Assembly: GCF_900079115.1 (NCBI RefSeq)
Contig: NZ_LT549890.1
Span: 1,200,001 to 1,232,000, forward strand
DNA from: Saccharolobus solfataricus
GTDB taxonomy: Archaea; Thermoproteota; Thermoprotei_A; Sulfolobales; Sulfolobaceae
DNA: 32,000 nucleotides
Direction: 5' to 3'
In this document: piece after piece, positions 10,535-20,303 of the stretch
Numbering within the stretch: the stretch's first letter is position 1
Layout: the number at the start of each line of letters is the position of its first letter
The notes under the pieces: generated by a model
Database searches by the model: none
What the model saw: only the letters and a program-made list of their open reading frames with translations
What the model was told of the DNA's origin: nothing
Position numbers and translations under genes: made by a program

Positions 10535-11738
10535 TTACGGAAGACCCAAAATCTTTTTACAAAAAAAAAAAAAAACAATATTAGTTAATTAATATCCAGC
10601 TTATAAAGGATAATAGAGTAAATTATAGTGTTAAGAATTCAACAAATTGAAAGGAAAAATTTTAGGTGAGGAGATCTGTATTACCAAGAGTGAATTCCAA
10701 ATAATAATACTTAACTTTCCCCACCCAAATTCAGCAAATAGGGTATAAATTACTTTCCATGATAGACTTTAAGGGAAGAAAGGGAAAAGAACAAGCGAAA
10801 CCCTCGTCACAGCCGTGGAACGACTCAATCGAGAACAAGTCAAAGATGTTCAAGACCTCAAGCCAAACAGTGAGAAACTACGCCGAGAAAGAAGAAGTAG
10901 CCGAGAAATTACCCAAACGAGTGAAACAACTATCCCTTGAAATGCTAAAAGCAGTGAAGAAAGTAAACATATCAATAGATTGGACCACGATAAAGTACCA
11001 GACCAATAGAGAGGTTAGGTAGCTCAGAAGATGGATACTCATGGAACTACGCAACTGCAACGACAAAACACAACGGGAAAATACTAGCATTCATTGAACA
11101 AGAGAAAGGGATGACAAAAGACGACACAGTCAAGCTACTTATTGAATAGATCTCACCAATGGGTCTAAAAGTAAACTTGATAACACTTAACGCGGGATTC
11201 TACTCAGCAGACGTGTTGAACTTCATCTCCAAGTTCAAGTTGCAGTCCCAGTAGGTACCTTGAAAATCCACAACGATTTCGATGAAGGTGAAGAATAGCA
11301 AGAGACATAGGAGGTAAAAGCAGGTGAAGTTCAAGTCAATTGTTCAAGGTAGGGATTAGGAGGAAGAATTGAGTACTTCGCTAGGGCGACAAACCTAGAT
11401 CTACCTAAGGATGTGGTGTTTAGGCTTTACAACAAGGTGAATCCAATAGAGACTTCCTATAGGAATATCAAGTCGTTTCTCCCGGTCATAAGCTCAACCA
11501 GGTTAGCGTTTCGTAAGCTGATGTTCATGATAGCTCTCTACTTCCTCCTCACCATATTCAAGGATGTGAAGAGGGAAGACTTTTACTCATCCTTTTATTC
11601 ATAACAGTAATATCAAGGATAATTTTATTAAAATAGAGAAAACGCTTAATGATACTATAGATTTATTTTCAAGTGGGCGATTTTGGGTCTACCGTCACGG
11701 AAGGGGACTTTCGCCTCCTTAATCCCCATCAAGGTTAA
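10530..11738 (+). mobile_element. Decayed DDE-type IS, copy 2 (same family as 3719-5091, with internal deletions); the left junction is ambiguous
   Basis: Inner inverted repeats are gacccaaaatc (10543-10553) and gattttgggtc near 11670. It is collinear with copy 1 but lacks two internal blocks present at about 4725-4800 and 4845-4900. The right end ...ccccatcaaggttaa stops 1 nt from the adh stop codon. Confidence 0.7.
10759..11604 (+). pseudogene. Fragmented transposase of decayed IS copy 2
   Basis: ORF fragments 10759-11022 and 11413-11604 are homologous to the copy 1 fragments (MIDFKG..., NPIETSYRNIKSFLP) and are interrupted by stops and frameshifts. Confidence 0.6.
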
Positions 11739-11739
11739 A

Positions 11740-12789
11740 TTATGGTGTTATTACTTGTCTTCCGTCTACTCTTCCCTCATCCAAGTTAGTGAATGCTTTG
11801 TTAATATCATCTAAAGGTACCTTAATAATATATGGCTTAATTTTTCCACTTTCACTAAGCCTTACTACATCTTCTAAATCGTTTAGCGAACCGTAATTTG
11901 AACCCAGAAGCTTCTTATTCCACACCGCAGTATCAAAGGCTTCTAAACTTACTCTCTTCCCCTCCATTCCTACCAGTATTATTGCACCTTCTTGTGCTAA
12001 TAATTTTCCTAAATTATAAGTAGTTTCCTCAGTCCCCACCAGATCTATTGCAATACTAGCACCTAAACCATCTGTGAGTTTGTTTATTAGACTCTCAGCG
12101 TCTTTCATTTCCGACACATAGTCTGCTCCTAACTCTAACGCGAAATCCCTATGCTTCTTACTCCTAGAAATTCCAACTATAGTTATATTCTTCATTAACG
12201 CTTTTAATATTTGGATAGTGTAAACGGCTAACCCTCCAATACCGTTAACTATAACAACTGGTTCAGCGAATTTACTTATGAACGGCAAGGCTTGCCTTAT
12301 AGCCCCCATAGAGGTCGTACCGGCATCCGCTAAGGGTGCTGCTTCAACTGGGCTTAGGCTGTTTAATTTTACCAGCCATCTGGAGCTTTTAACCAACATG
12401 TACTCTGAGAAACCACCATTTGTTGTTTGCCCGGGGATTATTTGATTTTTACAAATGTTGAACTTCCCCTCTCTGCAATATCTGCAAGTTAGGTCACCCC
12501 ATGTTGCGTAAACTACTACGTTGTCTCCCTTCTTTACCTTTGCTAACTCTCCGACTTCCACTATTGTCCCAGCGTTTTCGTGACCTAGTATTATTGGTAA
12601 TCTAAAGCCTTGCTTCGCTTCAACTCCCTTCCATACTCTTAAATCTGTTCTACAGACTCCAGCTCCTCCTATCCTTATTAACACCTCTTCCCCTTGGGGT
12701 TCTGGAATGTTAACGTCTTCTATTGATAATGGTTCAGAGAACTTCTTTAGAAGGGCTGCTTTTGATTTAACCATATTTACATTTTCCAT
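11740..12789 (-). CDS. adh: Zinc-dependent medium-chain alcohol dehydrogenase
   Basis: 349 aa. Catalytic Zn motifs GVCRTDL and GHENAG, structural Zn cluster CRYCREGKFNIC, and a nucleotide-binding loop VNGIGGLAVY. Confidence 0.9.
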   Translation of the reverse strand: MENVNMVKSKAALLKKFSEPLSIEDVNIPEPQGEEVLIRIGGAGVCRTDLRVWKGVEAKQGFRLPIILGHENAGTIVEVGELAKVKKGDNVVVYATWGDLTCRYCREGKFNICKNQIIPGQTTNGGFSEYMLVKSSRWLVKLNSLSPVEAAPLADAGTTSMGAIRQALPFISKFAEPVVIVNGIGGLAVYTIQILKALMKNITIVGISRSKKHRDFALELGADYVSEMKDAESLINKLTDGLGASIAIDLVGTEETTYNLGKLLAQEGAIILVGMEGKRVSLEAFDTAVWNKKLLGSNYGSLNDLEDVVRLSESGKIKPYIIKVPLDDINKAFTNLDEGRVDGRQVITP

Positions 12790-12901
12790 AAAGCTGAATA
12801 AAAGGTGATTCCAAACATGTTAGGATTGGTATTCATCACTAAAGTTAATTATACTTGCTTATAGTCTGAAGGGCAACAACATTTCTAAAACTACACAAGA
12901 C

Positions 12902-14334
12902 CAGTGGTGTTTCACCAAATTATTTCATTTGAAAGATATAATATTAGTCCTTTCAGAAAGAGATTGATATAGAGAAAAACAATAAAATTATTATGAAACA
13001 TAACATGTTAAGATAATTTGCAAAAAATATAGCGTACAATTCTAATAAAAAAGGAGAATTTTGAATTTTTCTCACGTGGTGAAAAAGACGTGCATAGTCT
13101 CCTCTGAACACCGAGAAAGTTAGAGAAGCTTGACGAATGAATCGAAGTACAAAACCTTCTTACACGTGGACTTGAAGTTAAAGAGAAGATGATTCACTAG
13201 ATTCCACGCAGAATCCAGAACCGTATAATAGAGGAACAAGAAGATCTTGTTACTCAACTTCCTAACATACCTTATCCTTGCCTTCCTAACCTTGAAACCC
13301 TCCTCAACCTGCCACCTCAACCTATAGAGTTCAGCCAGTTCATAGGGATCTCCCTCGAAGTTCGTCACGAAGATGAAGTGCCTCGGCTTCCCCTTAACGT
13401 AAACCACATCGTAATAATAAAGCCCTTCAAATTCCAAGACCCTATACGCAACGTAAACCTTGTCCTTAACCTCATATCTCTTCTCAACTAATGGAACGTT
13501 AGATAGTTCCTTGGATCCCTTCAAGTTTGACTTTCCTCTCACAATGGTCTTCACGGGCATTTCCTTGATGACCCCTAGGTTCAAGAATCCGGCGTCAGCT
13601 ACAACGTAATCTATTTCCATGTATTGGCTTACTTCCCTCACGCTCCTAAGTAGGAACTGTGATGGACTGTCGCTTCTCAAATCTGCTATCTCCACTAGGA
13701 GGGGTAACCTTAAGGGATATACGAGGTCCAAGGATCTCATCTTTACTCCTTTTCTCTTCCAGTTGTAGAGTAGAAAGCCCTCTGCTTTTTCTTGTTCCTT
13801 TTCTCCCACGGTTAATCCGGTCTCATCTACACTACGTTGATCTCTCCCTTTACTTCTCTGTAGATTGGGTAGAACTTGAAGGTTCTCTGACCTTTGCTAA
13901 TTACTTTCTCGCCTTGTCTTACTACCTTCAAGTAGTATTTTCCTCTGTTTCCGGTTAGCAAGGATGGTGCTGCTTTCACTATTTCCGGGTCTAGATCTTG
14001 GGAGATAAGGTTAATATTGATTGTTGCTAAATTTATAGCGAGGGACTTCAGCTCCGTTATGGATACTTGTATGGTTTGCATAACGGAGTTATGGAGTCCC
14101 TCGCTTTAACCTTTTCTTGTTCATCTCGTCCTTCCACCTACTTTCCTCTATTGATAATACTAGACAAATGGTATTACTCTTTATATATAAACTCGTTTTC
14201 TGTTAGTTTCTTCAACAAATATGAAATTTTTTGCTTCTTGTATTGAAATAAGTCGATTTTTCTAACTCCGCTCTGATATTTTTCTCTTCCATAGAAATTG
14301 TATCATTTTGAGTAAAATTGGTGAAACACCACTG
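12902..14334 (-). mobile_element. Complete-looking 1,433-bp IS (ISC1439-like by size) with a 17-bp perfect terminal inverted repeat and a 9-bp target-site duplication
   Basis: The left end cagtggtgtttcaccaa is the reverse complement of the right end ttggtgaaacaccactg. The direct repeat acacaagac sits at 12893-12901 and 14335-14343. Confidence 0.85.
13120..14081 (-). pseudogene. DDE transposase of the ISC1439-like element, split into two ORFs (13827-14081 and 13120-13809)
   Basis: The C-terminal ORF carries YVVADAGFLN and LYRLRWQVEEGFKVRK. The N-terminal 84-aa ORF ends 18 nt upstream. This is either a frameshift/stop lesion or a natural two-ORF arrangement. Confidence 0.65.
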
Positions 14335-14445
14335 ACACAAGACCTTTCCGTATGATAGGAATAGAGTCTTGCCCTTTAAAGTCTCAGAAAGTATAAATAT
14401 AAGCTTTATGTGATTCTCGTACTTATCCACACAAGTTAGGGTTAA

Positions 14446-15597
14446 TTGATAAAAGGATGCTCAGACAAATGTTATAGTATGACTGCAAAAATTGATAAGA
14501 TATACGTAGTTACTACGGAAAGAATTTCAAGGCAGAATTTTCCTTACGTTAAACCGACTGATTATTACAGAGAATATTTGGGATCTTTATCGCCATTTCA
14601 ATCAGCGTTCATGGATAAGGTTTGCTTTATAAGAATGGATCTAGACGATAACGTCACTTATTCCATTCTTGAAACCTCTGAGTCTGTGTGTAATTTCGTA
14701 ATGTCAAATTTAGCTGATCTGGTTAGGGGTTTACCCGTTTCTAGGATAAACATGGTGTGGGATTTGTTATATAGATATACCTTGCCAATTGGCAGGAGTG
14801 GGATAGCAATTCATGCAATAAGTGTTATTAATCTTTTAATGTACGATGCATATGCCAAGTTGCTGGGAGTTCCAGTTTACGAACTATTAGGAGGAAAAGC
14901 TAGGGATAAGATAAGGGCTTACGCTAGTCATCTACATCCCACAAGTAAGGATGAGTTAGAGAAGGAGGCTAGGAGTTATGTAGAGGAAGGATACGCTGCA
15001 ATGAAGATGAGGTTCTGCTGTGGCCCCTCTGATCCTCTAGGTGTTGATAAGAACGTTGAATTGGTAAAAGTTATAAGGGATAGTGTTGGATATTCAGTGG
15101 ATTTGGCTGGGGATGCGTGGATGTCTTGGAATTTGAATTTCGCGTTAAAGATGGCTAGGAGATTGGAGAAATATGAGTTAAGTTGGATTGAGGAACCTTT
15201 ATTACCGGATGACTTTGAGTCTTATAGTTACTTAAGTAAGAGAACAGATATTCCAATAGCTACTGGTGAGCATCACTATCACGTTTACGATTTCAAGAGG
15301 CTTTTGAATTCTGGAGTAAGAATATTACAGCCTGATAGCATATGGGTTGGGGGAATAACTCCAATGAAGAGAATTGCTGGATTAGCTGAAGCTTATGGCG
15401 CTGTTGTAATCCCTCACACCTCTAACATATACAATTTACACTTTATAATATCCGAACCAGAAAGTATTGCACCAATGGCTGAGCACCTAACTAAATATAA
15501 ATGGCTGGAGGATAGGGTTTTGAATCCTCCTAAGCCAATAAAGGGATATTTCGAGTTGGGCGAAGAAAAAGGTTTTGGCTTAAAGTATAGCCTTTAG
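14446..15597 (+). CDS. Enolase-superfamily (mandelate racemase/muconate lactonizing enzyme family) acid-sugar dehydratase
   Basis: 383 aa. Metal-ligand contexts VDLAGDAW, LSWIEEPL and IATGEH, then ILQPD and IPHT. The likely start is ATG 14478 (MTAKIDKIYVV). Confidence 0.85.
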   Translation: MIKGCSDKCYSMTAKIDKIYVVTTERISRQNFPYVKPTDYYREYLGSLSPFQSAFMDKVCFIRMDLDDNVTYSILETSESVCNFVMSNLADLVRGLPVSRINMVWDLLYRYTLPIGRSGIAIHAISVINLLMYDAYAKLLGVPVYELLGGKARDKIRAYASHLHPTSKDELEKEARSYVEEGYAAMKMRFCCGPSDPLGVDKNVELVKVIRDSVGYSVDLAGDAWMSWNLNFALKMARRLEKYELSWIEEPLLPDDFESYSYLSKRTDIPIATGEHHYHVYDFKRLLNSGVRILQPDSIWVGGITPMKRIAGLAEAYGAVVIPHTSNIYNLHFIISEPESIAPMAEHLTKYKWLEDRVLNPPKPIKGYFELGEEKGFGLKYSL

Positions 15598-15700
15598 CTG
15601 AGGGTTCATTTACTGCTAGGAAACTTTGTATCTGATTCTTTTGCTTTAGATACTGGAATCGTTCCTCCGTAAAATTCCTTTATTACCTCCTCTAAGGGCA

Positions 15701-16905
15701 TTCAGTAATAAATCTTTCGGTCGAATTTTGAGCATAGTATCAGCTACTATTGCCACGCGGACTCTTTCAATCCGCGTGGCGATTAGGGGAGGGTCACTTC
15801 ACCTCATAAGGTTTATTATTATACCAAACACTCCACACTATCCTAGCCAACTTCCTAGCTAAGGCAGTGTACAGTTTCCTACCCTTCAGTTTATCCTTGT
15901 GGGTTTCGTAGAACTTAAGGAGAGTAGGGTTACGCGAATATTGAGTCTCGGCGAGGAAATAAAACAAGCTACGCAAATACTTGTTACCCCTCTTGGAGAT
16001 ACCCTTTCTAACCTCAATCCTACCACTCCTCTCAACCACCGGGTCTAAACCGCAATAAGCAACGAAGGATTCAGGTCTTGGGAAGCGCTTAATATCACCC
16101 ACAATCCCAATTATAATCCCAGCTGCCAGTTTCCCTATTCCGGGAATCGTGAGTAACACGTGGTCTTGAGGCACATTACCCTCTATCATTTTCCTCACCT
16201 CCTTCAACTCTTCTCGCGTTTGAAGTAGTGTTCTCGCTAGGACTTAAATCTCACGTAGTACTGTACCAGTGTATTCCAGTTGATACAGTTTTACGTCAGA
16301 GAAGTCTCCCTTAGAGAACTTCTCCAACCTCTCCTCGCTCAACTTCTCCTCGTCGCTCACGAGGAAGAGAACTCTCCTTAACCTGTTCTCTTGTTTCGTT
16401 TGCACATCCTTCATGAAGAGGTAGAGTGATACTAATTCTTTTAAGGGGTTGTTAACGTATTCTCTAGCCTTATTTACCATGTTTTCAAGTTTTTCTGCGT
16501 CGTAAAAATCTGTTTTCTTTCCCCTTACGTCCTTTTCTTTCCATAACAAGGCTGACTAGTAGGACTTTCACTCCTCTTTCTTTGAAGTATTGGCAAGGTC
16601 TTGTTGAGTATACTCCGGTGGGTTCTATTACGATGATGTTTGGCTTCATGGTTAGTATTTCTTCGTAGCCCTTCTCGTTGTTTGTGAATTTCCTCACCCT
16701 CCCCTTACTTGTTACCAAGTGTTCTTTTGATACGTCTATTCCAATTACCCCTACCCTTGTGTCACACCTATATTCGTGAATATTTTCACAATGTTCAGTC
16801 CGACGGTAGGGGCTCGTCACGCCCTTGCCCGAAGACTTTGCTTCAATTCCCATCTCGACCATTTTTCCCAGCTGAGGAGTATTACTCTCCCCAGCTAATT
16901 AACCT
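15701..16905 (-). mobile_element. Decayed IS110-family element (about 1.2 kb; boundaries approximate)
   Basis: Contains three collinear transposase fragments. The downstream end carries the hairpin ccacgcgga/tccgcgtgg at 15753-15779. Confidence 0.65.
15794..16862 (-). pseudogene. IS110-family transposase broken into three ORFs (16485-16862, 16244-16549, 15794-16207)
   Basis: N-terminal GVIGIDVSKEHLV (DEDD domain). The middle fragment GKKTDFYDAEKL parallels GKKSDKNDAKKL of the intact copy. C-terminal LTIPGIGKLAAGIIIG...FVAYCGLDPVVERSG. The frames overlap or are interrupted. Confidence 0.75.
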
Positions 16906-16928
16906 ATATATAGGTTACGAGATTTTTT

Positions 16929-17357
16929 GTGAGGGTTACCAGGATGAACCTCGTAACCCTCGCACAATTAATACTTATGATTCTAAGAAATTTAAATCTT
17001 AAGCCGAGAAAGTACGAGCTAAAGGATATTGCATTAGCAGCCTACTCCTTGGGAGTTCAAATCACGAAAACGGGAATCCCACCATCAACCCTATACTACT
17101 ATTTGAGGAAAGTAGGGATAAGGAGAAGAGAGAGCAGACCAACATGCCCATCATGTAACTCTAACAGAGTAGTAAAGAACGGTTCATCTAAAGGGAAAGC
17201 AAAATACAAGTGTAAAGCGTGTGGAAGGACGTTTTACGACGCGTTAAGGCACAGAATGGATAGGGAACAGAGGGAGAGAATCTTAAAGGAGTACTTGAAC
17301 AGGATGAGCATGAGGGCAATATCAAGAGTTGAAGGTAAACCATTGACTACAGCCTAG
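16929..17357 (+). CDS. IS1-family InsA-like protein (zinc finger plus HTH)
   Basis: CPSCNSNRVVKNG...YKCKACGRTF zinc-finger pattern, followed by LNRMSMRAISRV (HTH-like). Positioned directly upstream of an InsB-like ORF. Confidence 0.65.
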   Translation: MRVTRMNLVTLAQLILMILRNLNLKPRKYELKDIALAAYSLGVQITKTGIPPSTLYYYLRKVGIRRRESRPTCPSCNSNRVVKNGSSKGKAKYKCKACGRTFYDALRHRMDREQRERILKEYLNRMSMRAISRVEGKPLTTA

Positions 17358-17860
17358 TGAGGAGGGTTGGGATAAGGGCCTTCACGTATCTAACGATCTT
17401 GAAGGGTGAGCTCAAGAATTTCACAGCTAAGTCTACGGTGTTTGACGAGTTCTGGACTTATTTCCGTGTTAGGCATGGGGTGATGAGGGAGGATTTGTGG
17501 ATTTGGACTACTGATGGTGTGCCTTTCTATGAGTTTGGGGATAGGAGTTACGGGACTTTTCGTTTGGGTTGGTTACCTAGGAGTGAGGTAAACTATACTG
17601 ATTATTACTGTGTTTATCAAGTTCTCGATAATCGTGTAGCGGGTAAGAAGTATACTTATCTTGTGGAGAGTCATAATTCTTGCTGTAGGTTAGTGAGGCT
17701 GGTTAGGGATACTAAAGCTGTTAATAGGAGTATAAGAATGGCGGAGTACAGTTTGGCCTTGTTGAATGTAATGTACCCTCACGTATTCTCAAGGGAGAGA
17801 ACTCCCTTAAATGAGGCTTACTTGAAGGGAGTACAGTATATTAGAGAAAACTTGATATAA
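17357..17860 (+). CDS. IS1-family InsB-like transposase catalytic part (in the -1 frame relative to the InsA-like ORF)
   Basis: FDEFWTY..., WIWTT and YTYLVESHN motifs resemble IS1 InsB. The ORF overlaps the upstream stop by 1 nt (ccTAGTGagg). Confidence 0.65.
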   Translation: MRRVGIRAFTYLTILKGELKNFTAKSTVFDEFWTYFRVRHGVMREDLWIWTTDGVPFYEFGDRSYGTFRLGWLPRSEVNYTDYYCVYQVLDNRVAGKKYTYLVESHNSCCRLVRLVRDTKAVNRSIRMAEYSLALLNVMYPHVFSRERTPLNEAYLKGVQYIRENLI

Positions 17861-17954
17861 TTTTACTATATGATATCGAATAAGATGACTGCATGAGAAC
17901 ACTCCATACAAGTATGGATATATTAATAATAGTTTCTTACAATAATTTATTAAT

Positions 17955-19271
17955 ATGTCCGAACCTTCTAATCCTAAAACTCAATCCAACTCTAATAAAT
18001 CTTCTAGATCCAGACGGTATATTATATATCTAACAATAATAGCATTAGCTGGATGGACTATGGCCTCATTCGATTTTAATCTATATACATTAACTCTTCC
18101 ACTTACATCTAAGGCATTACATTTTACTGTAGCTGAGGCTGGGATTCTTTCTGGAATCATATATCTAGGACAATTTATATCAGTTCTAATATTTGGACCT
18201 CTAATGGATAGATTAGGTAGAAAGGTAATGTTCCAGCTAACTCTACTAGTTTCTGCAATATTTACTGGTTTTACTGCATTTGTACAGAATTTTATACAAT
18301 TTGTTACCTTAAGATTTATATCTGATGGTAGTGCATTTGCAGAATTACCTACTGGACTAACACTTATAACAGAAGAATCAAAACCAAAATTAAGAGGAGT
18401 CTTATATGGATTTGTTCAAGGAGGTTGGCCTTTAGGAGTTTTCTTAGCCTCTGCTATATACTTAATTCTGGTATCATCTATTGGTTGGAGAGGATTATAT
18501 CTAGTGGGACTACTTCCACTTGTCCTTATCCTAATAGGTAGAAAATGGGTAAAAGAAACGGATAGATTCATTGATTTAAAAAAGACGTTAGAAGGTAAAC
18601 AACAAACTACAAGATTTAAGGCTGATCTTCAAAAGGCTAGAGAGTTTCCATTTAAGCAATTATTTACTGATAAAAGTATTAGAAGACAGCTTATTGCAGT
18701 TAATTCTGCGTGGATGTTATATACATTTTCTTTCGTTACTACCAATGTAGTGATAACGTTAATTTTTACTACTTACTATTACCTTACTGCGTCTCAAGCA
18801 GCTTCAATTTTATTGCTTTCTTCTGGTATAGGGTATTTTGCGTATCCTATAGCAGGTTGGTACGGACAGAAAATAGGTAGAAGAAATGCATGGGCAATAA
18901 GTAGCGTAATTATGCCCATATTAGCAGCAATCTTTCTATTTACCGCAAGACCTGGTAACTATCTATCAGTGCTTATGCCATATATTCCATTATATTTCTT
19001 CAGTAATGGCACATTTGCGTCACCAGGCTTTATGTATGTATCTGAAAGTTTTCCTACCAGAGTAAGAGGTACTGCAACTGGATTTACAATGGCATTAATA
19101 GCAGCTTCGTATGCCATAGGCGGATTTTTATTTTACAGTGTTCTTACTTTAACTCACAGCATATACCTAACATGGATAGCATTAGCAATCATATTACCTT
19201 TAGGTTCATTAAGCATATTGATAGGGAAAAATATACCACCTAATGCAGAACTAGAAGAAATATCGTGGTAA
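17955..19271 (+). CDS. Major facilitator superfamily transporter
   Basis: 438 aa with about 12 TM segments. MFS motif A is present: GPLMDRLGRK. Confidence 0.85.
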   Translation: MSEPSNPKTQSNSNKSSRSRRYIIYLTIIALAGWTMASFDFNLYTLTLPLTSKALHFTVAEAGILSGIIYLGQFISVLIFGPLMDRLGRKVMFQLTLLVSAIFTGFTAFVQNFIQFVTLRFISDGSAFAELPTGLTLITEESKPKLRGVLYGFVQGGWPLGVFLASAIYLILVSSIGWRGLYLVGLLPLVLILIGRKWVKETDRFIDLKKTLEGKQQTTRFKADLQKAREFPFKQLFTDKSIRRQLIAVNSAWMLYTFSFVTTNVVITLIFTTYYYLTASQAASILLLSSGIGYFAYPIAGWYGQKIGRRNAWAISSVIMPILAAIFLFTARPGNYLSVLMPYIPLYFFSNGTFASPGFMYVSESFPTRVRGTATGFTMALIAASYAIGGFLFYSVLTLTHSIYLTWIALAIILPLGSLSILIGKNIPPNAELEEISW

Positions 19272-19984
19272 AAATGTCTTTTAGGGAATTTTTGCAAAAT
19301 ACTTCCGATAAAATTAAAATTTTTGATTTGACCCATTTGATGTACCATAATATGCCAGTATATCCAACGTCTCCTATTATTTCTATAAATCAAATAAACA
19401 ATGTTGCTAGAGATAAATTTTCTTCTAGAGAGATTAAAATGATTACACATCACGGTACTCATTTTGATGCTCCTGCTCATATGTTAGATCAAGGAGAAAG
19501 TATTGATAGAATAAGTCCAAAAACGTTTATTCAAAAGGCTGTAATACTAAATTTAAGTTTTCTTAAACCTAAAGAGGAAATTACTTCTAAACATCTCTTA
19601 CGATTTAAAGATGTTATAAGTAGAAATAATGCAATTTTACTCTATACTGGATGGAGTAAAAAAAGAGGATTAAATTCAGAATATCTATTTCAATGGCCAT
19701 ATCTAGATATAGAAGGTGCAACATATCTAACGTCCTTTAAAGACATTAAGATAGTAGGAACTGACGGATTAAGTATTGCAGGATATGGAAATAATGTAAA
19801 TGTATTTGATACACATAAGATATTATTGGAAAAAGGTATTCTAATAATAGAGGAATTGAATTTTAATAATATTTCAGTAGTCCTTGATTCAGTAAATTAC
19901 TTAGAAGGAGTCTTTATAGGATTACCTATGCTAATTAAAGAAGGAGACGGTGCTCCAGCTAGAGTCTTATTTATATTAGGATAA
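19265..19984 (+). CDS. Putative cyclase / kynurenine-formamidase-like metal hydrolase
   Basis: 239 aa with HHGTHFDAPAH (HxGTHxDxPxH signature). Overlaps the MFS gene by 7 nt, suggesting co-transcription. Confidence 0.8.
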   Translation: MVKMSFREFLQNTSDKIKIFDLTHLMYHNMPVYPTSPIISINQINNVARDKFSSREIKMITHHGTHFDAPAHMLDQGESIDRISPKTFIQKAVILNLSFLKPKEEITSKHLLRFKDVISRNNAILLYTGWSKKRGLNSEYLFQWPYLDIEGATYLTSFKDIKIVGTDGLSIAGYGNNVNVFDTHKILLEKGILIIEELNFNNISVVLDSVNYLEGVFIGLPMLIKEGDGAPARVLFILG

Positions 19985-19989
19985 TTTTT

Positions 19990-20172
19990 CTATAACTTTT
20001 CTCCGTATTTAACAATATTTTCTGGATCATAAGCCGGTATAACTATCTTACATTCTTCTTGAAGGTAATCGTAGGCTCTTATACATTCATAAATATCTTC
20101 CGCTATCCCTATAGGCGTCCTAGTTTCCAGATTAGCATTTATCGGAAAATCCTGGCAGTTCAAGAGGCCCAT
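19990..20172 (-). CDS. Small hypothetical ORF (60 aa); doubtful
   Basis: ORF only, with no motif. Bounded by the convergent cyclase gene and an IS110 end. Confidence 0.2.
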   Translation of the reverse strand: MGLLNCQDFPINANLETRTPIGIAEDIYECIRAYDYLQEECKIVIPAYDPENIVKYGEKL

Positions 20173-20303
20173 AAAAACTTTTTAAAATTAGAGCCTTTAA
20201 TTTTGGTATGACCAAAGAATTGACGAGGGAGCTTCCGGTATAAAAACCTTTCCGTGAAAATCGAGCATAGTGCACACTACTTATTCAAGTGATGTCACCT
20301 GCT

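Noticed and set aside
10561-10575. A15 homopolymer
   Set aside because: It corresponds to an A6 tract in the homologous IS copy at about 3781-3786. It is most simply slippage in a dead element, with no evidence of a regulatory or phase-variation role.
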